Assembly: GCA_902779085.1 (NCBI GenBank)
Contig: CACYZY010000008.1
Span: forward strand, 46,201-110,200
From: an uncultured Bacteroidales bacterium
GTDB lineage: Bacteria > Bacteroidota > Bacteroidia > Bacteroidales > Bacteroidaceae
Direction of reading: 5' to 3'
Length of the DNA: 64,000 bases
A program made the translations under genes and the position numbers. Every line of letters begins with the position of its first letter. The first letter of the stretch is position 1. This document shows, one piece after another, positions 50,613 to 58,814 of the stretch. The notes under the pieces are model-generated. The model worked only from the letters and a program-made list of their open reading frames with translations. It was not told where the DNA came from and ran no database searches.

Positions 50613-50830
50613 TGGGTTCATGGCAAGACTGGATTGTGGCACTCGTTGTGGTGCTATGTATAGCCCGTGTAGGAATGAGTGTATGGAATATGTTCTTGAA
50701 GAGCAAAAAGGATGGGCACAATCCATGTGCTCATTGTCCGCAACCTTGTGATCTAAAGCGGCAGTATAACCAAAAAGTGCAGAATTGCTGCCATGACGAC
50801 AAAAAAAGTAAGAAATCTTGTTGCGAATAG
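50609..50830 (+). CDS. FeoB-associated Cys-rich small membrane protein
   Basis: 73 aa, one N-terminal TM helix, CAHCPQPC, CC and CC (8 Cys); ATGA overlap with the feoB stop. Confidence 0.82.
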   Translation: MMGSWQDWIVALVVVLCIARVGMSVWNMFLKSKKDGHNPCAHCPQPCDLKRQYNQKVQNCCHDDKKSKKSCCE

Positions 50831-50881
50831 TTGTCAATTAAAAAAAATGTTGTACATTTGCAACCGCATTCAACAAAACTC

Positions 50882-50953
50882 GGTGCCTTGGATGAGTGGT
50901 TGAGTCACTGGTCTGCAAAACCATGCACGGCGGTTCGAATCCGCCAGGCACCT
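50882..50953 (+). tRNA. tRNA-Cys (GCA)
   Basis: Acceptor GGTGCCT/AGGCACC, anticodon loop CTGCAAA, T-arm GGCGG-TTCGAAT-CCGCC, U73; -7 TACATTTG at 50853. Confidence 0.95.
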
Positions 50954-50954
50954 C

Positions 50955-50995
50955 AAAGAATATCCCCGCCTGTTATGGGTGGGGATATTCTTTTT
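50955..50995. terminator. Bidirectional terminator after tRNA-Cys
   Basis: AAAGAATATCCCC/GGGGATATTCTTT 13-bp stem with T-tract. Confidence 0.8.
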
Positions 50996-51200
50996 ATTGA
51001 CCTTTGCGCTGCGATGGACGATTGGCGCGCCACTTACGTATATCAGCCTTCATCTTAGCAGAGGCAGACTTGTGCGCTCCTGTAATATACGTTTTTTTCT
51101 TTGCCTTGGTCTTTATCTTGTTCGTCTCCTTAGGTTTGTTGCTCTTGCCTCTGAACACAACACCTTGCATGATGATTTTCTCGATGTCTTCTCCTGCCAT
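50994..51200 (-). CDS. Small, highly basic hypothetical protein (68 aa)
   Basis: ATG at 51200, 11 nt after the DUF4468 stop; KTKAKKKTYITG...SAKMKADIR..RANR motif resembles a conserved Bacteroidales hypothetical as I recall it. Confidence 0.7.
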   Translation of the reverse strand: MAGEDIEKIIMQGVVFRGKSNKPKETNKIKTKAKKKTYITGAHKSASAKMKADIRKWRANRPSQRKGQ

Positions 51201-51211
51201 AGTGTTTATGG

Positions 51212-52390
51212 TTATTGTAATTCTACACTCGTTATCTGTCCTATAAAAATGTTGGCACGTCCCTGTACAGGTTTCTCTTTCGTGGCGTTGAGGCACTTCA
51301 ACACTACCGATGGCTTGTTTGCTCCATTAGGGTAGAAGGCTACCTTGTATTCTTTGGCCTGCTCTAGTGCCTGGTAGCTTTGCTCAGGCGTGAGAATTGT
51401 ATTGATAAACTTTAAGCCATTAGAAGAAGACAGATAACCACCAGCATTAGCAGTCAAAGTGGTGCGGTTGAATTCGTCATCACCAATGATTATTACCAAT
51501 CTGCCATTGCTGGCTTGAACCTTGTCAGCAGTTAGCTCTGGAAAAGCCTCAGCAGGAGTCGCTACCGCAGGTTTCTCTACTTCCACTGGTTTCACATTCT
51601 CCACCGCCTTTTCTGCTTTTACAATAGGAATAGCAGGATTAATGGCAGGAGCAGCAGCTTTAGCAATAGGCTTAACAACTGCAACTGGCTTTTCTGTTTC
51701 GGCTGATGTATTATTCTCAGCAGTTCTTACTTGATTATTTACAATTGATACAGCATCAGATTTGCGTGTTTCTTCAGGCTTTCCGTCGCTCTGAACAATG
51801 GTGAAGCCACTCAATGCCTTTTGCAAACTCTCGTTCATGTCATCTACAAAGTCCACTGTCTTTCTGCGCCATTTGGCAAATCCACGTGCTAGTCGGCTTT
51901 GGTCTTTCGTAAGAGCTATCTCGTCTGTAATCCAGTCTTCTGCTAAATAAATCTCTTTTTCGTTAGGATAGTCATAACGTATATTCCTAATCTGTAATAC
52001 ACACTTACCATTGTCGCAGTTGGCTATCATCTGATACATTACCTTTGTACGGTCAAGGGCCAATGCAGTGTTTGAGAATACAATATATTCTTCACCATTT
52101 GCAGCAACTTGCCCTTTCTCCTCATTCATGTAAGCCACTTTGCTCTTATTGTTGTTTTGCTGCATCCGAGCATTCATCCATTCTTGTACCTTTGTATACA
52201 CCTCGTCCTTATTCATGCCAACAATGCTGAACTCTTTGGTAAAAACTACTTTACCATTGACCTCAGGTACGGCACCTTTTAAATAATATGAATCTTCATG
52301 ATGAGCGTTTTCATTCTTTTGGGCTGAGATTTGTTGTGGCAATATCCAAGCCATAATAGCAATGCAAAGTGAAATAAAGGTATTCTTCAT
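51212..52390 (-). CDS. DUF4468-domain secreted protein
   Basis: Signal peptide MKNTFISLCIAIMAWIL; YLKGAVPEVNGKVVF, WITDEIAL motifs; Pro/Ala/Lys linker; start at 52390 preferred. Confidence 0.72.
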   Translation of the reverse strand: MKNTFISLCIAIMAWILPQQISAQKNENAHHEDSYYLKGAVPEVNGKVVFTKEFSIVGMNKDEVYTKVQEWMNARMQQNNNKSKVAYMNEEKGQVAANGEEYIVFSNTALALDRTKVMYQMIANCDNGKCVLQIRNIRYDYPNEKEIYLAEDWITDEIALTKDQSRLARGFAKWRRKTVDFVDDMNESLQKALSGFTIVQSDGKPEETRKSDAVSIVNNQVRTAENNTSAETEKPVAVVKPIAKAAAPAINPAIPIVKAEKAVENVKPVEVEKPAVATPAEAFPELTADKVQASNGRLVIIIGDDEFNRTTLTANAGGYLSSSNGLKFINTILTPEQSYQALEQAKEYKVAFYPNGANKPSVVLKCLNATKEKPVQGRANIFIGQITSVELQ

Positions 52391-52613
52391 ATCATATTGA
52401 TTATTTATTTTTTGCAAAGATATAGTTTTTCACTTAAAATAGTATTTCCATGTCCATGAAACTTGTGTCTTTTGCACAAAAATATACCAATTGTGCAAAA
52501 AGTGTTCAAAAAAGTTGCGTAATATCGAAAATAGACATACCTTTGCAGCCGTTTTGTGGAGAATACTCCAAAAAATACGTTAAATTAACCACTTTTATTT
52601 AAAAGGTAAAAAG

Positions 52614-54002
52614 ATGAGAAAGACAATTTTAAGCTTTGCTATGCTGGGTATATCAGCCACAGTTTTCGCTGGTGGCGTATTGACCAATACAAACCAATCA
52701 GTAGCATTTATTAGAATGATGACTCGTGGAGCTATGATAGATTCTGATGGCCCTTATTCCAATCCTGCAGGATTAGGTTTTCTGCATAGAGATGGATTGC
52801 ATTTGTCGTTTAATTGGCAGAATGCTTATCAGGAACGCAATATAGATGCTACCTTCCCTTTGTTCCCAGAAGCCAATAACCACCGTTTTTATAAAGGAAC
52901 TGCTTCGGCTCCTATTATTCCTTCACTCTTCTTGACTTATAAGAATGGACCATGGGCTATTTCTGCCTATGGCGGCGTGATAGGAGGTGGTGGTGAAGCT
53001 TCCTATAGCAAAGGTTTGCCGATGTTTGACTCTGCTGTAATGGCAAAGATAGCTGCTAATCCAACTGTGCAGACAGTGATGAAGGCTGTGGGTGCACAAG
53101 CAGCATCTGACCTTTACGACATGAACTCTTCTATGAAGGGCCGTCAGTTTATCTATGCCTTCCAGGCTGGTGTGACCTATCGTGCTGCCGACTGGTTATC
53201 GGTTTATGCAGGTGCCCGTATGAACTATTTTGTGGGTGGCTATAATGGCTATGTTACCGCTACTGCAAAGCCTGAATTGTTGCAGAACCCAGTAATACAA
53301 GCTGCTGCAGCAGCCAATCCACAATTAGCAGCCATGGCTAATCAACCTTTGGTGGATCTCAGACTGGATGTTGACCAGAAAGGATGGGGCGTAGCTCCTA
53401 TTATCGGTGCTCATTTTAAATTGAATAAATGGAATATAGGTTTAAAGTATGAGTTGAAAGCTAACCTCAATATCGAGAATGAAACCAAAGAGAATTCTGA
53501 CCCTAATGGCGCTTTGGCACCCTATGGCGATGGCGTGAACACTCCAAGTGATGTGCCTGCTTTGTTCAGTGGCGCCGTGATGTATGAGATTTTACCAACC
53601 TTACGTGCTAGTGTGGAATACCACCACTTCTTTGATAAGGACGCAGAAATGGCCAACGACAAACAGAAAGCGTTGACTCGTGGTACCAATGAATATCAGG
53701 TAGGTGTAGAATGGGATGCACACAAGTATTTCTCCCTCAGTGCCGGCTATCAGCGTACAGACTATGGTCTAAGCGATGAGTTCCAGTATGATACTTCTTT
53801 CTATTGTGACTCTTACTCTGTGGGCTTGGGTGGCGTGATTCACCTCTCTCAACGCATGAAAGTGAATGTTGGTTATTTTTGGACTCATTATCATAAATAC
53901 ACCAAGCAGAGCAGTAACTATAATGGTACTACCTTGCCAGGTACCAATGTGTATAGCCGTCACAACAAAGTATTTGGCGCAAGCATAGACTACATTTTCT
54001 AG
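52614..54002 (+). CDS. OmpP1/FadL/TodX-family outer-membrane transporter
   Basis: AGGVLTNTNQS N-terminus, SNPAGLGF, beta-strand pattern, C-terminal DYIF; -7 TACCTTTG upstream. Confidence 0.85.
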   Translation: MRKTILSFAMLGISATVFAGGVLTNTNQSVAFIRMMTRGAMIDSDGPYSNPAGLGFLHRDGLHLSFNWQNAYQERNIDATFPLFPEANNHRFYKGTASAPIIPSLFLTYKNGPWAISAYGGVIGGGGEASYSKGLPMFDSAVMAKIAANPTVQTVMKAVGAQAASDLYDMNSSMKGRQFIYAFQAGVTYRAADWLSVYAGARMNYFVGGYNGYVTATAKPELLQNPVIQAAAAANPQLAAMANQPLVDLRLDVDQKGWGVAPIIGAHFKLNKWNIGLKYELKANLNIENETKENSDPNGALAPYGDGVNTPSDVPALFSGAVMYEILPTLRASVEYHHFFDKDAEMANDKQKALTRGTNEYQVGVEWDAHKYFSLSAGYQRTDYGLSDEFQYDTSFYCDSYSVGLGGVIHLSQRMKVNVGYFWTHYHKYTKQSSNYNGTTLPGTNVYSRHNKVFGASIDYIF

Positions 54003-54052
54003 AGAAGCATATAAACTAATACTCTTTACTAATACTCTTTTCGGCGCAAAAG

Positions 54053-54084
54053 TTTGCATAATTCGTTGATTATGCCTACTTTTG
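54053..54084 (+). promoter_or_regulatory. Promoter of the yhhQ-queC operon
   Basis: TTTG 54053-56 plus TACTTTTG 54077-84, 20-nt spacing. Confidence 0.65.
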
Positions 54085-54106
54085 CGCCGAAATTTTAATA
54101 TATGAT

Positions 54107-54155
54107 GCTGCGAATAACAGCCGTGTATTCCAGAACACCACGTAAAAAACAGGAA
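54107..54155 (+). promoter_or_regulatory. Putative preQ1 class I riboswitch
   Basis: P0 GCTG/CAGC; P1 CGTG/CACG with loop TATTCCAGAACAC; tail TAAAAAACAGGAA; ends 2 nt before the transporter ATG. Confidence 0.62.
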
Positions 54156-54157
54156 AT

Positions 54158-54838
54158 ATGAAACAACAAGTATCTGTAACATTTATGTTACTCGGCATAC
54201 TGTTTAATGTATGTCTCGTAGCTTCTAATCTTTTAGGCACCAAACTTATTAATGTTTTTGGCATCAGTGTCACAGGAGGTCTGATGATTTTTCCTATCTC
54301 GTATATTATCAACGACTGTGTTGCTGAAGTTTGGGGGTATCGCAAGGCAAGACTCCTCATTTGGAGTGGATTTATCAGTAATTTCTTCACAGTAGCTGTA
54401 GGCTTGATTGCTGTAGCTGTGCCAGCCGCTCCATTCTGGGAAGGTGAAGAGCATTTCAACTTCGTGTTTGGTATGGCACCGCGTATAGCTTGTGCCTCGT
54501 TGCTTGCTTATCTGGTGGGCTCGTTCCTCAATGCATGGGTGATGAGTCGCATGAAGATTGTGAGTAAAGGAGCTCATTTCTCTTGGCGTGCCATTTGGTC
54601 AACCGTAGTTGGAGAGACAGGCGACTCGCTCATCTTCTTCCCCATAGCTTTTGGCTGGGTCATTGGGTGGCACGAGCTTTTCGTGATGATGATTACCCAG
54701 ATTATCCTCAAGACCTTGTATGAAATAATAGTCTTACCGTTGACTATTCGAGTGGTAAGGGCTGTCAAGAAGATGGAAGACACGGATGTGTATGACGACA
54801 ACGTGTCGTATAATGTATTGAACATAAAAGACATTTAA
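54158..54838 (+). CDS. yhhQ: Queuosine precursor transporter (YhhQ/DUF165)
   Basis: [40 protein letters not shown]; directly upstream of queC. Confidence 0.9.
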   Translation: MKQQVSVTFMLLGILFNVCLVASNLLGTKLINVFGISVTGGLMIFPISYIINDCVAEVWGYRKARLLIWSGFISNFFTVAVGLIAVAVPAAPFWEGEEHFNFVFGMAPRIACASLLAYLVGSFLNAWVMSRMKIVSKGAHFSWRAIWSTVVGETGDSLIFFPIAFGWVIGWHELFVMMITQIILKTLYEIIVLPLTIRVVRAVKKMEDTDVYDDNVSYNVLNIKDI

Positions 54839-54840
54839 CT

Positions 54841-55509
54841 ATGATTGACGATAAAGTATTGGTGGTCTTCAGTGGCGGACAAGACTCTACCACCTGCCTG
54901 TTTTGGGCTAAGCGTGAATTTAAGGAAGTTTTTGCCGTGAGTTATCGTTATGGGCAAAAGCATGAAAATGAGGTGGAGCTGGCGCGTAAAATTGCTGAAA
55001 AGGCGGGTGTTTCTTTCGAGGTGATGGACATCCCCTTGGTAGGACAATTGGGTCACAACTCTCTGACTGACACAACGATGGTAATGGACCAGGAAGTGCC
55101 AGAGAAAGGTCTCCCTAATACTTTTGTACCTGGTCGTAATATGTTCTTTTTGAGCATAGCTGCCGTATATGCTCGTGAACGAGGTATTCGTCATTTGGTA
55201 ACAGGTGTTTCACAAACAGACTATAGTGGCTATCCTGATTGCCGCGATGCTTTTGTCAAGTCGCTTAACGTAACATTGAATCTGGCGATGGACTATCAGT
55301 TTGTGCTGCATACCCCTTTGATGTGGATTGATAAGGCTCAAACTTGGGAACTAGCTGACCAGTTGGGTGTGCTCGATTTGGTGCGCAACGAAACGCTTAC
55401 CTGTTATAACGGTATACAGGGCGATGGCTGCGGTCATTGCCCATCATGCAAATTGCGTAATGATGGTTTGCATAAGTATTTGGCCTTGAAAGTTGCTCGT
55501 GAAAAATAA
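54841..55509 (+). CDS. queC: 7-cyano-7-deazaguanine synthase
   Basis: SGGQDS, TFVPGRN, GYPDCR, TPLM, TCYNG...CGHCPSC. Confidence 0.97.
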   Translation: MIDDKVLVVFSGGQDSTTCLFWAKREFKEVFAVSYRYGQKHENEVELARKIAEKAGVSFEVMDIPLVGQLGHNSLTDTTMVMDQEVPEKGLPNTFVPGRNMFFLSIAAVYARERGIRHLVTGVSQTDYSGYPDCRDAFVKSLNVTLNLAMDYQFVLHTPLMWIDKAQTWELADQLGVLDLVRNETLTCYNGIQGDGCGHCPSCKLRNDGLHKYLALKVAREK

Positions 55510-55578
55510 TCCTGATCCTTTTGTTTTTTCTTTTTTATTTGTACTTTTACAATCGATAAGACATACAATTATACGACA

Positions 55579-56262
55579 ATGAAAAAGAAGTTATTAGGTT
55601 GGATTTTGGTTTCTTTGATATGTCTTCCTATTATGGCTGATGATATTTCTGGGGTTATTTTGAAGAATGGGAAGCCTAAAAAAGGTATTGTTGTTTGGCT
55701 AAAAGGAGCTGATTTTACAGTAGAAACTGACAAAACAGGAAGATTTAAGTTTTTCAATGTATCTCCAGAAGACACACTTCAGGTGACAGTAAGTATGCGT
55801 TTAGACGTTAAGTTCGCTGTAGGTGATATGAAAGATATAACGGTAAACTTGGGTAAGAATAGCTGTGAGTTGGATGATGGCTCTTTCAAACGTGAGATTG
55901 CGTACAATCGTGTGATGATTTCTTCAAATTCTGCAGATGGGGTGACTCATGAGATGATTATGCGTTCAGGCATGAAGACCGTAACTGATATATTGCGTAA
56001 CTTTATGTCAGGAGTGATTATAACAACTGATAACGCTGGAAATTCAAAAATAATGATTAGGGGCATTAGTTCCATCAATTCCAGTACAGAACCGCTTGTG
56101 GTCATCAATGGTGCAGAGTATAATGGAGGGGACTTTGACAATTTGATGCCGGTGGAGACTATTGCTACAATTAAGGTAAACAAAGACGGTTCTGGATGGG
56201 GTGTGCGTGGAGCTAACGGAGTTATTGAAATTACAACTTTGAAGGGTGGCGATGATATCTGA
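55579..56262 (+). CDS. TonB-dependent receptor plug-domain protein without a barrel
   Basis: Signal peptide, carboxypeptidase-regulatory-like Ig region, plug signature IRG...PLVVING...GVRGANGVIEITT; stop after 227 aa. Confidence 0.78.
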   Translation: MKKKLLGWILVSLICLPIMADDISGVILKNGKPKKGIVVWLKGADFTVETDKTGRFKFFNVSPEDTLQVTVSMRLDVKFAVGDMKDITVNLGKNSCELDDGSFKREIAYNRVMISSNSADGVTHEMIMRSGMKTVTDILRNFMSGVIITTDNAGNSKIMIRGISSINSSTEPLVVINGAEYNGGDFDNLMPVETIATIKVNKDGSGWGVRGANGVIEITTLKGGDDI

Positions 56263-57340
56263 TCGATGGCAAATAATGCTTTTGTCCGTGCTATTGTTTG
56301 CAAGCGCTATTTTAGCACAGGCACAAGATGCCGTTATATATACCATCAGCGGTACAGTGTCTGATGGAATTAAGTGTGTTTACCTGAGTTCTCTCCGCAA
56401 TGAGCCGATAGATACAGCTTTAGTGGAAAATGGCAAGTTCCAGTTTAACGGTTCTTTGCCCCAACATACTTTTGTTACTTTGTCAGACGATGCCTCTAAT
56501 CTGCCGGTGAATTTATTGATTGATGGTACCTCCGTTGAGGTGAATATGGAACGGAGGAGCCTAAAAGGCTCGAAGCTTAATGAGCGGCTTAATAAAGCTG
56601 ATCGTCAAATCACTGACCTTACCATTGACTATATGCAAGACCAGATGGAATATGCACAAGTAAGGCAGTGGCAGACAGAGTTGCGCGATTCATTGCGTAG
56701 GGTGATGAATGCTTCGTATAATAAAGTGGTGGTGGAGATGAAGAATGTGATTCGAGCTAATCCTGACAATGTCATTCCCGCACTATACCTTTCGCAAATT
56801 TATAATACTCTTACTATTGATGAATTAAAAGAGTACCTTGATGAAACTCATGTTTATGCGTCTCATCCGCTTTGTGTAGGAGCGTGGCGTACATTGAACC
56901 ATTATGAAAAAACCAATATAGGCACTCGCTTTACTGACTTGGTAGAGGCCGATACGGCTGGTGTAAGTCATCGTCTCAGCGAGTATGTAGGCAAGGGCAA
57001 CTATGTACTGATTGACTTCTGGGCAAGTTGGTGTGCTCCATGTTTACTGGAAATGGACAATGTGAAGGCTGTCTATCAAAAATACCACGAAAAAGGATTT
57101 GAAATAGTAGGTCTTTCGTTCGATCGTGGACGCCAACCTTGGATCAATGCCATCGTGGACCATCACCTCAATTGGATTCATCTGAGTGATCTCAAATATT
57201 GGAATAGTGAGGCATCTGTCGTTTATGGCATCAGCTCAATTCCTGCCAATATTTTGGTAGATGGCAATGGCATTATCGTTGCTACCGATTTGCGAGGAGA
57301 AGAATTAAGTAGAAAATTGCGACAAATATTTCGATATTAA
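56252..57340 (+). CDS. TlpA-like thiol-disulfide oxidoreductase (DUF4369 plus AhpC/TSA)
   Basis: DFWASWCAPC, HLSDLKYW, IPANILVD; N-terminal signal peptide; start uncertain. Confidence 0.87.
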   Translation: MISDRWQIMLLSVLLFASAILAQAQDAVIYTISGTVSDGIKCVYLSSLRNEPIDTALVENGKFQFNGSLPQHTFVTLSDDASNLPVNLLIDGTSVEVNMERRSLKGSKLNERLNKADRQITDLTIDYMQDQMEYAQVRQWQTELRDSLRRVMNASYNKVVVEMKNVIRANPDNVIPALYLSQIYNTLTIDELKEYLDETHVYASHPLCVGAWRTLNHYEKTNIGTRFTDLVEADTAGVSHRLSEYVGKGNYVLIDFWASWCAPCLLEMDNVKAVYQKYHEKGFEIVGLSFDRGRQPWINAIVDHHLNWIHLSDLKYWNSEASVVYGISSIPANILVDGNGIIVATDLRGEELSRKLRQIFRY

Positions 57341-57410
57341 TTTTTCTAAAAATATTTGATATATAAATATTATTCTCTACCTTTGAGGCGTGCTTAAAAC
57401 AAATACTGCT

Positions 57411-57629
57411 ATGAAAAAGGATAATATAGGAACAAATGCTGGGTTGGTTTGGCGTACCTTGTTTTATAAAGGCACCAAAGCCACATTTAATGAATTAATA
57501 GAAGACACAGGATTAAACGCCATTGATTTGTCATCAGCCATAGGCTGGTTGGCTAGAGAAGATAAAGTTGAGTTCTTCTTAGAGAACGGAGAAGAGTTTA
57601 TTGACGTTTATAGGGATAGCTACTTTTAG
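57411..57629 (+). CDS. Small winged-helix protein (DUF2582-like)
   Basis: IGTNAGLVW...AIGWLAREDKV motif; 72 aa. Confidence 0.85.
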   Translation: MKKDNIGTNAGLVWRTLFYKGTKATFNELIEDTGLNAIDLSSAIGWLAREDKVEFFLENGEEFIDVYRDSYF

Positions 57630-57643
57630 CTATCCCTTTTTTT
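57612..57643 (+). terminator. Terminator overlapping the end of the winged-helix gene
   Basis: AGGGATAGCTA-CTTT-TAGCTATCCCT plus T-tract. Confidence 0.7.
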
Positions 57644-57724
57644 GCTTTTTATTTTGTCTTTTTGATAGATTTGTGCTATTTTTGCTGCCGATATTGAGCA
57701 AATGGCGTAAATTATTATGACAAA

Positions 57725-58810
57725 ATGAAAGGAAAGATTTATAAACTAAGATTGCTGGCGTTAGCTATGATGTTGACCACAAGCATCGTTGCTATGTCAC
57801 AGCAACAATCAAGTGAACCCGACTGGCTGAAGGATTTCACTTCTCGTATCACCCTGAATGGATATGCCCAAGCAGGGTGGAGTTATCAAAACCCAAATGG
57901 CAAAGATCAAAACTCATTCAACCTAAAGCGTACACTGCTTTGGGCAAAAGCAAGGATTACAGATAGATGGTCTTTCTTGTTCATGCATGACTTTACAAGT
58001 GTAGTTCAAGAATTTTATACCGATTTCCGTGTGACAAAAGGCAACGAGATGACAGTGAGGTTAGGTCAATTTAAGCACTCATTCTCAATGGAAAACCCTT
58101 TGTCACCCACACAACTGGAGCTGATAGATGTTTATTCACAAGCTGTGCTCTATCTCGCAGGTGAGGGGCCTGACCCCTTGAATGGTGTGAATTATGGTCG
58201 TGATATGGGTATTGAAGTCTTTGGTGACTTGATAGATGGCAAGTTGCATTACGAACTCGCCCTGATGAGTGGACAGGGTATCAACCGAAAGGATTTAAAC
58301 AATCAAAAAGATTTTATTGCAAAATTGGAGGTACGTCCTATTAGTGGTCTGCGACTGGTGGCTTCTGGTTATATTGGTAAGGGTCATGCTGTGGGTATTG
58401 CTGCTTGGAATCCAGAAATACAATTGGGTGACGACTACAAACGCAACCGCTATAGTGTGGGTGCTGAATATAAAACTCATTCTTACACAGGTAGTAAATA
58501 CAAGGAAGCACGCCCTGCTTCCATACGTGCCGAATGGTTGGGTGGCGTAGATGGCAAAGTGGGTTCGCGTGGTGGATACATCACTTCTAGCATTCCGGTG
58601 GTGGATGCCCTCGATGTGGTTGCGAGTGCTGAGACCTACAACCGAAATACCAAGGTAGATGGATGGGATCAGACTAACCTCACACTTGGGCTGCAATACT
58701 GGTTCTACAAGAAGTGCCGTTTGCAGTTGCAATACACCCGATGTCTTTTAGGCGAACAGTTAGGAAAAGATTATAATTGGCTTCAAGCACAAGTACAAGT
58801 AGCATTCTAA
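57725..58810 (+). CDS. Porin (phosphate-selective porin O/P-like)
   Basis: Signal peptide, GQFKHSFSME, GRDMG, C-terminal QVQVAF. Confidence 0.8.
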   Translation: MKGKIYKLRLLALAMMLTTSIVAMSQQQSSEPDWLKDFTSRITLNGYAQAGWSYQNPNGKDQNSFNLKRTLLWAKARITDRWSFLFMHDFTSVVQEFYTDFRVTKGNEMTVRLGQFKHSFSMENPLSPTQLELIDVYSQAVLYLAGEGPDPLNGVNYGRDMGIEVFGDLIDGKLHYELALMSGQGINRKDLNNQKDFIAKLEVRPISGLRLVASGYIGKGHAVGIAAWNPEIQLGDDYKRNRYSVGAEYKTHSYTGSKYKEARPASIRAEWLGGVDGKVGSRGGYITSSIPVVDALDVVASAETYNRNTKVDGWDQTNLTLGLQYWFYKKCRLQLQYTRCLLGEQLGKDYNWLQAQVQVAF

Positions 58811-58814
58811 AGTT

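Noticed and set aside
55579-56262. Pseudogene call for the plug-only ORF
   Set aside because: No downstream barrel fragment or frameshifted continuation; the next ORF is an intact TlpA overlapping its stop.
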